NCBI GenBank assembly: GCA_028534125.1
Contig: CM052818.1
Location: 15,502,001 to 15,566,000, forward strand
From: Lama glama
Lineage: Eukaryota
Direction: 5' to 3'
Length of the DNA stretch: 64,000 bases
The position numbers were made by a program, and so were the translations under genes. Positions 54,101-64,000 of this stretch are shown in pieces. Each line of letters begins with the position of its first letter. Within the stretch, counting starts at the first letter, position 1. The notes below the pieces were generated by a model. That model had not been told where the DNA came from. It made no database searches and worked only from the letters and a program-made list of their open reading frames with translations.

Positions 54101-54619
54101 GAGTTAAGGAGATCAGTGCTGATTGTGTTCTATTTGGTTGCAATTAAATTCTGGTTTCATCTTTGGCTACACATCCTTTCCTGGATTTTATTAGAATGTT
54201 TCTCCCTCATCATGTGATGTGTTGTTGTGATGGAGATACCATAGAGGTCCTGAATCTTTAATGAAGAAGGGCTCATTTTTACTGTCTAGAGGTCTTGAGA
54301 CCAAAGAAGTTTGTTTTAGTGGGGACCAAGCATGTCTGAGAAGACCTGGGAGGAGTGTGGCAGTGAAGATTAAATACCGATTTGGAGAGTACATGGTTCA
54401 GGAAAAGGGAAGGCACAGAGGTGAGGAAGTCCTAGAACATGGTAGGAGGCCAGAGGCCAACTACTCCCTTCAGAACTGAGAACTGGTAGGAACTAAAGAA
54501 ACCAGAGAGGAGTGGTAACAGCTAACTCAGCAATACACCAGACCGCTCTAAGGCTCTCGACCTGCCTTGTGTCTTTCTTCTTCCCTTCTTTTCTCCCTCT
54601 GCATCTTTCAGCCATCTTT

Positions 54620-55130
54620 TATAGAGTCTCCGTCAGGTGTTTACTGAGCAATTCTTTGCTACCAGCCTTGGGCTGAGTGCTGGGGATATAAGGTGACACT
54701 GACCTTGAGCTAATTGATGTCTGTGAAAAAAGTATGAGACGATGAGTACAGCTTGCTTGAGGGACATGTAGAAGGGGGCACACCTCAGGATCAGGAATCA
54801 GTTCTCTCTTCCCAGATGGAGAGGAAGAACATGGTGGTTTTATGGGTTTGTAAGAAAGTCAAGAGAGTCTGTGTGACTAGACCTTGGAATACTTGGTTGT
54901 GTGTCCCGGGGGAGCAGTGCAAGAGAAGAGTGCATTACAAGGCACAGTATTGAGAAACAAAGTTTGGGAGATAATCAGGGACTGATCATAAAGCTCTTTT
55001 TAAAAATAATCTGGACATTATCCTGAGGACAATGGGGACCTGTTGAAAGATTTTAATCAAGCAGTGACATGATTAGATTTAGATTTTCAAGAGACCACTT
55101 TGGCTGCCACGTAGAGAGAGGATCAGGAGG
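54620..55130 (-). mobile_element. L2 remnant
   Basis: tttactgagca...gagtgctggggatata...tggacattatcctgaggacaatgggg...ttttaatcaag...gaccactttggctg. Confidence 0.7.
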
Positions 55131-55408
55131 AAATGAAATTTATCTATTATTCATTAAGGTATCAAAATTGGTCAGGGAGCATTAAATGAAGACTTCTCTT
55201 CTCATTTACAAGACTTCTCTTCATTTACTCAAAAAATTTAAAGGCAAGATTTAAGCTCTTGTTTTGTGACTTAGGAAAAACATAGGTAAGACAACCAAAA
55301 ATCAGAGAAAGAACAACCATGCTTCTGCATGCGTGGTGCTTCTCAGATTTGAGAATTACTTTGTTTCTTTTGCCCATAAATCTCCAGGCACACACACCTT
55401 TTATCATT

Positions 55409-55908
55409 NNNNNNNNNNNNNNNNNNNNNNNNNNNNNNNNNNNNNNNNNNNNNNNNNNNNNNNNNNNNNNNNNNNNNNNNNNNNNNNNNNNNNNNNNNNN
55501 NNNNNNNNNNNNNNNNNNNNNNNNNNNNNNNNNNNNNNNNNNNNNNNNNNNNNNNNNNNNNNNNNNNNNNNNNNNNNNNNNNNNNNNNNNNNNNNNNNNN
55601 NNNNNNNNNNNNNNNNNNNNNNNNNNNNNNNNNNNNNNNNNNNNNNNNNNNNNNNNNNNNNNNNNNNNNNNNNNNNNNNNNNNNNNNNNNNNNNNNNNNN
55701 NNNNNNNNNNNNNNNNNNNNNNNNNNNNNNNNNNNNNNNNNNNNNNNNNNNNNNNNNNNNNNNNNNNNNNNNNNNNNNNNNNNNNNNNNNNNNNNNNNNN
55801 NNNNNNNNNNNNNNNNNNNNNNNNNNNNNNNNNNNNNNNNNNNNNNNNNNNNNNNNNNNNNNNNNNNNNNNNNNNNNNNNNNNNNNNNNNNNNNNNNNNN
55901 NNNNNNNN
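55409..55908. other. Assembly gap (500 N) flanked by a 199-bp exact duplicate
   Basis: 55210-55408 is identical to 55909-56107. Confidence 1.
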
Positions 55909-57639
55909 AAGACTTCTCTTCATTTACTCAAAAAATTTAAAGGCAAGATTTAAGCTCTTGTTTTGTGACTTAGGAAAAACATAGGTAAGACAACCAAAAA
56001 TCAGAGAAAGAACAACCATGCTTCTGCATGCGTGGTGCTTCTCAGATTTGAGAATTACTTTGTTTCTTTTGCCCATAAATCTCCAGGCACACACACCTTT
56101 TATCATTAAAACAATAATTATCATTCTATCTGGACTTGTTCTTAAAAAAAATCAAGGGAAATCAACATTGTCCTTCCCTTGATGTCTTATCTGAGATGAA
56201 AATGGATTCATATAAAAGCTTACCACTGTGCTTTGCCATGGCTTCATCAATTATCTCCCATTTTTAGGGTCATTGTTGGGTGAAGACCAAACACATTTCA
56301 GTGTGTCTGACACTAAGCTGTGAGATAAAGCTTAGGGGCTCCCAACTGATAATAGAGATCATACACCATATTTACATTGTGAGATGCTCTAGTTTCCATC
56401 ACAAGGCAATTATCTCCTGCTGCAAGGTCTTTATGAATAGTATAGCGGTAAGAGCAACTTACAGGGGCTGATACGAGTTTGAGGGTTGGAGCTTCTCTCT
56501 TTCCAAGACCAGTCATGGAGTCGCTGTTTGCTTCCTCAGGAGAATTGTTCATAACACAGAATTATCACACAATTGAACACAGCTGGCACTCTGGCCTCCA
56601 GAGAAACCAGAAAAAGATTGAGGAGGCTAAATGGCAGGTAGGTTGAACACAGGCTAAGAAAGGGACCTGGAGAATAGAGAAACTCATTGTAAATTTAGGG
56701 ATGTTTTATATCCCTGGAGGTTTCTTTTCACACTCAGCCAGATTCTGCTAAAATTGCAAAGTATACCATTTGATTATTAGTCCTCCTATGACCACATTTA
56801 ATACAGTTTTCTAAATGTTTTTTCTACTTTAGGGGGACCTCTTTTCATCTTTGCATTTTCTTGTGAGATGCATAGTATATTATTGTCATTTGGCAGCTGA
56901 GGGAAATGAAGTACAAAATATTAAACAACTTATTCAAGGTCATATAATTAATTAAAAACAGCAAGGATAAGACTCCAGCTCAACTTCTTAATCCTAGCCT
57001 CTTTCCACTCAGTGGTGATCAAAACAGATTTGGATGTAATCATTAAGTTTTGCAAAGAATTAAAAATACAGAGTCACATAGCCTATAATTTGGGATTTGA
57101 TTATTGAGCATCACTCCCCACCCCCACTATCATTTTGAAAATGGAGCAAATACTAGCAATGATTAAGAAAAGATTTAGAATAAGAAAAAATTTGATTTTG
57201 TGAGGAAGTTTCTAATCAGCATCCTGTCTTAAAGGCTTTGCTTTTTCTCTCTTCTCTGCCTAAACACAAGTTCCCTGTTGTTTTCCTATTCTTTATTTTA
57301 AGAAGTAAAGGCAGAAAGTTGAAAGGGATAGATGCAGGAATCTCAAAAACTCACTTGTGTAACTCACATATGAGCATATTAAATATGTTCACAGCATTGT
57401 GGTAGACTATGAAGAGGAAAAACAGGGTTAAGCCTAACAAAATGTTTGCCTTACTGGGTTTCACTGAGTTCCCATGGTGCTCACTGTAAAGGGGACTAGT
57501 GAGAGAATTTAAGGGGAAGAAAATCAGACAAAATCCATTCCCCCGTTAGGGGAGCTTTGCAACCCAATTAGAGAAATAAACTGTGCACACTTGAAATAGC
57601 TAAGTAACAGCACAAGGTAATGTGATTAAGTGTAAAAAT

Positions 57640-58100
57640 GGATGATTCCTGGCTATGTTTCTTTTTTTGCTGCAAGAATCATAAAATGATTTCAAACCAT
57701 AAAGCAAAAAAGGAACATATCCTTGCCCAAGTCAGGATATGCAGCAAAGCATCGCAAGAGAATAGAAAACTCTTAGAAACCTGATCAGCACCTGCTTTCA
57801 AATCTCATCTCTGCTCCCAGCTGCATCCCTACCATGTTCCTTCCTTGTTTTTATGTAGATGGAGATTTTCCTGCTTCATTGTACACATGGCTAAAAATGG
57901 CCTCCTTGTTATTCTGAACTTTGTTTTTCATTTAAATAATCAAGCCAGAGTCGTCAGCTCTCTATCTCTGAGTCCCAGTTCTGGTTATTAGGACAGAGAT
58001 TCTGACCGGTTCCTCTTGGGACAAGTCACTGCTTCCTGATACAGTCAGCTGTGGCTGGGTTGCAGAGCCAAATATACAAAACAAAGGCCAGGTCAAGCAT
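57640..58100 (-). mobile_element. Old MaLR LTR (MLT1K/L-like)
   Basis: gagattctgaccggttcctcttgggacaagtc...cagtcagctgtggctggg. Confidence 0.5.
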
Positions 58101-58399
58101 TTGGGGGAAGAAGTCCTAGGGAAAAAGCGTCATACCCTTGTAGGGTATCTTAAACTGTGTTTATAAGAGAAACTGATTAAGAAAAAAAGTTACGGGCTAG
58201 GATGAGTTGCTGCAAGTCTGTGAGAACTACAGACTAATCCAAGTGTTACTGATTCATGTTCTGAGAGGACGGAGGCGAGAAATAATTACAGATAGAGCAA
58301 CAGAAATAGCATAGAAGTGGAGATGAGTCAGGTGAATTTGAGGAGCAATGGGTAGATGGGTCTTCCTGGAGTTGAGGGTTCATGTGGTACGGTTTTGGG

Positions 58400-59170
58400 A
58401 AAATAACTCAATATTTTATTTGTTTATGTGGGAAATACATTAGAGGTAGGTTTCTGGTTTCCTTTTTGGGTTATAAATGTAGTTTTAGGAGTTGTCAGCA
58501 TTAGAATGCTAACTTCTCTCAATTCATGAGAACAGATTAACTTATCCAGGGATGTATATTTAAAATGAGTAGGGAAGACAATTAAGGATAGAACCTTGAG
58601 AAACATCAACACTTTAGGGATGGAAAAAAAGAAGAGAATCCTGAGGAAAAGCCTGAGAAGAAATGGCTACAGAGATTGAAGGAAATGCCATCCATAAAAG
58701 GCAAAGGAGAAGAGAAATCTCAATTAAAAAGTAGTCAACAGGTCAGTTGCAGAAAATTTGAATAAATGTTTATTGGATTTGACAGTTGAAAGCAATTGGA
58801 GACCTTAAGGAGAAACAGATGGATAAAATGATAAGTCTGTGGAGATGACAAATATATGCATCAATGTGTAAATGGGAGGGTATAGACAGTGGAGGCATAG
58901 AGGTCACCGTAAGAAGATGCTCTGTGAGGAGGAGGTGATTGGAAGGAAGTTACTGGGGAAGAAAGAAGGAGGCAAAGGACTAGGGAGAGGTCTGAAATAG
59001 GGGAGCACGTCGACTTGTTTATAAATTGAGGAGAAAAAAATAACGAGGGAAAATTCACAGAAGGATTTGTGAGAACGTGAAATGTGGTGGAATTGTGTTT
59101 TGGAAAGTGATAATGTGCAGAAAGAGTCAAGGACTAAAAAAAGGTCATTAGATTTGAAAATATAAGCTAT
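58400..59170 (-). mobile_element. L2 remnant
   Basis: ttttaggagttgtcagcattaga...gaaccttgagaaacatcaacacttta...ttattggatttgac...gagacctt. Confidence 0.7.
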
Positions 59171-59639
59171 GAGGGGGTATTCTGAATTACTTGGTTTCTC
59201 AATTGCTTTTATTTACATGACAGTATTAAATCTATCTAACCGCTCTGTGAGGTCTGCAGCCCAAATGTTATTGAGCCACTATTCAGAAATGAGGAATTAG
59301 AGCCAAATAGATTAGTTTGCTGGTGGTTCCAAATATTAAGGCACAAGGATTCAGATTCAGCTTCTAAAACATTAAATCTGGTGCTCGTTCACCTTCACCG
59401 TGATTTGCAATACCTGTGTATCTGCAGCTACCGAGGAGAACTAGAGTCACAGTGAGAGCAGAGAGCGGGTGACATGATTTTGAGTGAGAAAGGTAGAAAT
59501 AAGACATATAGACCATATTTTGAGAAGTGTAAAGGGAAGGGAAGGGAAGTTTTAGGACAGAGTAGGGGTGTGGGTATTTTCTATGGTTTTAAGTGGATAT
59601 AGAAGCTTTGAGCTGTTTGTGCCATAAGGAGAAGTCCCA

Positions 59640-59935
59640 GAGGTGAAGGACAGCCTGGTCAGTGGGCTGTGAGCAGAAAGTGATGCAAGTTCCTTCTGGG
59701 ACAAAATGTGAAGAGCCAGTGATTCTTCCTTGTCTTTTCCTCTGTCCAGCAAGGAAATGTTCCACATGGTAGAGGCACTGTCAGCCTGGGTGGAGAAGTT
59801 TCCCCTTCTACCTTGCCTGACTAGCATGGGACATGTGTCATCATGAAAATGAAAAAATGTACTTTTCTTGTGTTTTGCCACTGATGTTAGGGTTAATTTG
59901 TTAAGTCTGCAGAGCCTAGCCTATCCTGACTACTA
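59640..59935 (+). mobile_element. Old MaLR LTR (MLT1I/J-like)
   Basis: tgtgagcagaaagtgatg...gccactgatgttagggttaatttgtta...gcctagcctatcctgact 3' end. Confidence 0.75.
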
Positions 59936-60139
59936 CTACCACCACCAGACTAATGGCATTTTCCACTTCCTATTCATCTTCTTTCTAAGAATATATGTTA
60001 AATTTATAAAGTATTTTCTGTTGAGCACTGGGACTTCTCAGTAAAGTTAAATTTACTTAACTTCCTTACAAAGCAATTCAGGAAGTACTGTTTCAGTATG
60101 GACCAGAGCCACCACTGTGCTAGGAGTTTAGAACACAAA

Positions 60140-60370
60140 GTTAATAACAACAACAATGTTATGTATATATCAAGTATGTATCAAGCTGCCTTACTCTAGG
60201 TGTAATGTGCCTCAAAACAAAATTATGAGTTTTACAATTAACTGCATTTTACAAATGAGGGATCTGATCCCAGAGAGATTAATTACTTTACCAAAAACAT
60301 ACAGCTAATGGGTGGTAAAACTAAAGTTCTAAATTAGGCACTAGAATTCATACTTTCAATCACTGTGTTC
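60140..60370 (-). mobile_element. MIR remnant
   Basis: cattttacaaatgagggatctga...agagagattaattacttt...acacagctaatgggtgg-like core. Confidence 0.7.
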
Positions 60371-60880
60371 TATTTTCCCCTTAGTGGTGTCTATCCTAGG
60401 GGACTTCAGAATCTCTGGAAAGAATTCTAAAATTCTAGGCCATGAATTAGCTGAGGAACTTTTACAAAAATAGGGGCTCACAAGCCCTTCTTAGACTCAC
60501 AGTTTCAGAAGCTTTGTGGTAAGGCTTTGCTTATTCTAACTGCCAATCAGGTTTGAGAAACACTGTCTAGGAGTAATACAGACACTTAAGTAATTCTAAT
60601 ATAATGAGAGAAAAAGATTCCTTGAAACGTCCAATGGAACATATATGAGAGCAATTAATTCTGCTTCTGGAACTGCAAGGTGAACTTGTAGTTGAAGGAG
60701 GGGTGACAGTCTGACAAAAAGATGGGCAAAAAACAAAATCCATGATATAAAATAGGCAAACACAAAAAGGAACACTTTACTTAACCTCTAAATATTGGGG
60801 TTTCATAGGGCTTAATGGAAGCCCCCTTCTCTCGTCTCCCTATATTTTCTCCTAAGTGATCTTAATTATTGCCATGGGTC

Positions 60881-61402
60881 TGTTACCAAGGCCAAACTTG
60901 TTCTGTTCATTGCATGACAGGCCAGTAAATTGGGAGATGAGGTGCTGGGGCAAGGAATAATGACTTTATTCAGAAAGCCAGAAGACATTAAGAGGATGAC
61001 AGTCTAATGTCCTAGAGAACCATCTTACCCAAATCAGAATTCAGCTTTCTCTTATACTAAAGAATGGAGAGGGTATGGTTGGTTGTTGTAAATTTCCTGG
61101 TGTTGGAATCCTTTGTTCCTACAGCTGTCCACGTAGGTCAGGTCATGAGGCTCCTATAAACCTCCGACAAGACGAATGTTATTCTCTGTTCTGCAACATT
61201 TTATCTCTGTATGAATGGAAAGATATCCTACCCTTAAAGGTCAGTGCCTCGAGAATGGGCTATCCTATATATTTCAGGCAATAGGCAACATTCTTTTTTA
61301 CAAAAGGTGCAGAACCAGCATGACTAAGCACAGGCAACAGAGCACAGGGTTAGAGCTAAAGGAACAGATCTAATATGGAGTCAGATTTCTTCTTCCCTTA
61401 CA
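60881..61402 (-). mobile_element. ERV1-class solo LTR with 4-bp TSD
   Basis: TG...CA ends; GGTC at 60877-60880 and 61403-61406; polyA signal (tttatt on +) near 60965; 4-bp TSDs are typical of class I ERVs. Confidence 0.9.
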
Positions 61403-61612
61403 GGTCTAAATACCTATCTCTGTATTAATGACTTCTGAATTTCTATCTTCAGCCCAGGGTCTTCCTCTAAGATCAAGGCTCTTCTAGGAATCGGTTATTA
61501 TCATCTTCCTCAGATAACTTCACAAGCTTCACAAACTCAATACATCTGGAACTTGACTTTTCACCTAAACTAGTTCTTCACAACTTTTTAATCTTGATAA
61601 ATGACACTGGTC

Positions 61613-61805
61613 CTGTGTAACAAAGGATTCCAAAATTTAATGGCTTAAAGCAACAATTTATTATTATTATTATCCCAAGATTTTGTGGGTCAGGAATTTG
61701 AGCAAGGCACAGAGGGGATCACTCACCACTCACTCACAGACATCCCTAATGTCCGAGACCTCAGCTGAGGTAAGACTGGTGGCTGGAAGCTGGGAAAGCT
61801 GGGGG
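61613..61805 (-). mobile_element. MaLR LTR fragment (MLT1G/H-like)
   Basis: tgtgtaacaaa...aaaatttaatggcttaaagcaacaattt...tgtgggtcaggaatttgagcaaggc. Confidence 0.75.
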
Positions 61806-61959
61806 CTTGCTTTTACATTGAGAATAAAATCCAGATTCTTTTGTGTGATATAAAGGTCCTTCCTGATCTACCCCATTTCACTCTCTAACCTTATGTCAAA
61901 CCATTTTACCCTAATTTATTACACTCAAGGCCCACTATTCTTCACACAGTCTCTAGCAT

Positions 61960-62125
61960 AGTGGTTCTCAACTGGGGGAAATTTTGCCCCCAAAAGGCAT
62001 TTGGCAATATCTCCAGACATTCTTAGATGTCATAATGGAGAAGGGGGTTGCTGTTGGCATGCAGAGGGTAGAGACCAGGGATGCTGCTAAATATCCTCCC
62101 AGGCATAGGGACCCCTCACATGAAA
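61960..62125 (+). mobile_element. MER20 hAT-Charlie MITE (3'-truncated)
   Basis: agtggttctcaactggggg...ttttgcccc...catttggcaatatctccagaca...cagggatgctgctaaatatcct. Confidence 0.9.
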
Positions 62126-62516
62126 GGCTGCTTCTGGCAAAAGATGAGAGGTATTTCTGTTTATCAATCAGAGTGGTATTACACTGTGCAAGTCACTTGG
62201 CCCCAGCAGCTTTGAAATATATGATTCTTTACGTATTTAAAAATGGGAATTTTCATTATTTCAATTATTTGCATAAATTGAGATTTTACTACTAGTTTTA
62301 TATCACATTTCAAATTTGGATAATTCAAAAGCATATAGAATGTACTGTTTGCCATTTCCAGTCTATCTCCTTTAGGGAAGAATGAACTAGCTTTCTCTCT
62401 CCACTGCTCCATCTGTTTTGGGGAGATCTCAGGATGTGCTGAGAATGGCTCTCCCTTTGTTAGTTGGCAAATCCTTGCAGTTCTGCATCTTCCTCTGAGG
62501 CCTGATGACCACTGTT

Positions 62517-63064
62517 TTTTGGGATTTTTTTACATTTTTAAAAATTATTATAGTCATTTTACAATGTTGTGTCAAATTCCAGTGTAGAACACAGTTTCTC
62601 AGCTATACATGAACATACATATATTCATTGTCACATTTTTTTTTGGCTGTGAGCTACCACAAGATCTTGTATATATTTCCCTGTGCTATACAGTATAATC
62701 TTGTTTATCTGTTCTACATTTTGAAATCCCAGTCTGTCCCTTCCTACCCCCTGTCCCCTTGGCAACCACAAGTTTGTATTCTTATGTCTATGAGTCTGTT
62801 CATGTTTTGTATTTATGTTCTTTTTTTTTTTTTTAAGATTCCACATATGAGCAATCTTACATGGTATTTTTCTTTCTCTTTCTGGCTTACTTCACTTAGA
62901 ATGACATTCTCCAGGAGCATCCATGTTGCTGCAAATGTCGTTATGGTGTCACAAGACATGGAAACAGCCTAAATGTCCATCAATAGATGACTAGTTAAAG
63001 AAGATGTGGTATATTTATACAATGGAATACTATTCAGCCATAAAAATGACAACATAACGCCATT
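62517..63064 (-). mobile_element. Young lineage-specific L1, 5'-truncated and 5'-inverted, with perfect TSD
   Basis: Antisense 3' end 62517-62951, sense segment 62952-63066; TSD tgatgaccactgtt at 62503-62516 and 63065-63078. Confidence 0.93.
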
Positions 63065-64000
63065 TGATGACCACTGTTGCTAAGGAATCTGATGTGACCT
63101 TAGGCTCTGAAGGTTGATGGTGCATTTATCCTTGGTGTTTAGCCTGCTGCTGAATTCCCTTCTCCCTTACACTCCTTTTAGTACTTGTTATCATGAACTT
63201 AGACTCCAGTATTGTCCTTGACCCTGAAGTGCATTTATCAGTAGACTCTGAGCAATATGGACACACACACTTCACACAATCTTAGATATGGATTAAGTTA
63301 TTCCAGCAGAAAGATTTGTGAATGCATCTTTCCCTGTCCACCCCTGCCCCCACTACATGCCCAGAAGAGTCTCTCTGCAAGGGGAAGTGACTAGCCACCT
63401 CTAGATAACACTAGTCACACTAACATGATGCTTCTTCTGGCCCAGTTTGGAGAGGAAAACATGGGCACATACATGTGCATACCAACTGGCACCATGACTT
63501 TGAGTTTTTTGGGGAAAAAAGCACAGAACAGTGAGGGACATCTATTTAATCACTTGTCTATTCTGCCTTTGGACATAAAAAGTACTGTTTGCGGTCAGTT
63601 TTCCTGAGTCTGACTGAGGTATCACTCGCAACTATGAAATCTGAAAGTTCAAGTAGGGTAGCCATGCAAGGCAATAGCTGGTTCTTTTTGCTAAGCTTTC
63701 ATTTCATTCTTAGTTAAGGAATATTTTCAGGGACTATAACCTTTACAAAGCTATGGACACTTCAGGCTATACTCAAGATAGCTAAATGTAGAATAAAAAT
63801 TTATTTTAAGCATCTGTGTAATACTTTGAAATACACACAGGATTTTTTCCTGCTTGGTTTGCTTAATATCTACACTAGGCAAGATCATCAAAGAAAAACT
63901 GAGCTCTTTTCTTTCAGCTGTTAGATGCCTGGTTTAAGTAAAATCAGTCAATCTCATGAAACCAAGGAAGAAGAGGACTATGACCTCTTGTGGAGGCTAG

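Larger units (their letters stand above)
60780..61950 (+). mobile_element. L2 ORF2 remnant interrupted by two LTR insertions
   Basis: ccatgggtc|taaatacctatctctgtattaatgacttctgaatttctatcttcagccc corresponds to the L2 HGFKYHLYADDSQIYISSP region, split at the ERV1 LTR; resumes at agaataaaatccagattct. Confidence 0.65.

Noticed and set aside
55225..55984. Long ORFs of 206-232 aa
   Set aside because: They span the N gap and the duplicated flank.
1..64000. CRISPR arrays, operons, rRNA/tRNA genes
   Set aside because: The sequence is mammalian repeat-rich DNA; none of these were seen. MIR heads are tRNA-derived fossils, not tRNA genes.

Overview
AT-rich, CpG-poor placental-mammal genomic DNA, probably camelid judging from a young L1 3' end (recalled, not searched). 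I found no intact host exon, RNA gene, CpG island or prokaryotic system, so it reads as an intron or gene desert. Much of the window is fossil transposable elements: L1 of several ages, L2, L3/CR1, MIR, hAT MITEs and MaLR/ERVL/ERV1 LTRs. There are two 500-N gaps (18154-18653, 55409-55908). The largest feature is a decayed class III (ERV-L-like) provirus at about 17.9-23.3 kb with gag, protease, RT (YLDD), RNase H, integrase, a post-integrase dUTPase remnant and a possible env start. Smaller items worth checking: a twin-primed L1 with a perfect TSD, a probable nested L1 3' transduction, a possibly spliced L1, snap-back insertions, an inverted MaLR segment and CpG-rich patches in old repeats. 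Family names come from recalled consensus sequences, and boundaries are approximate unless a TSD is quoted. I found no convincing new biological system.
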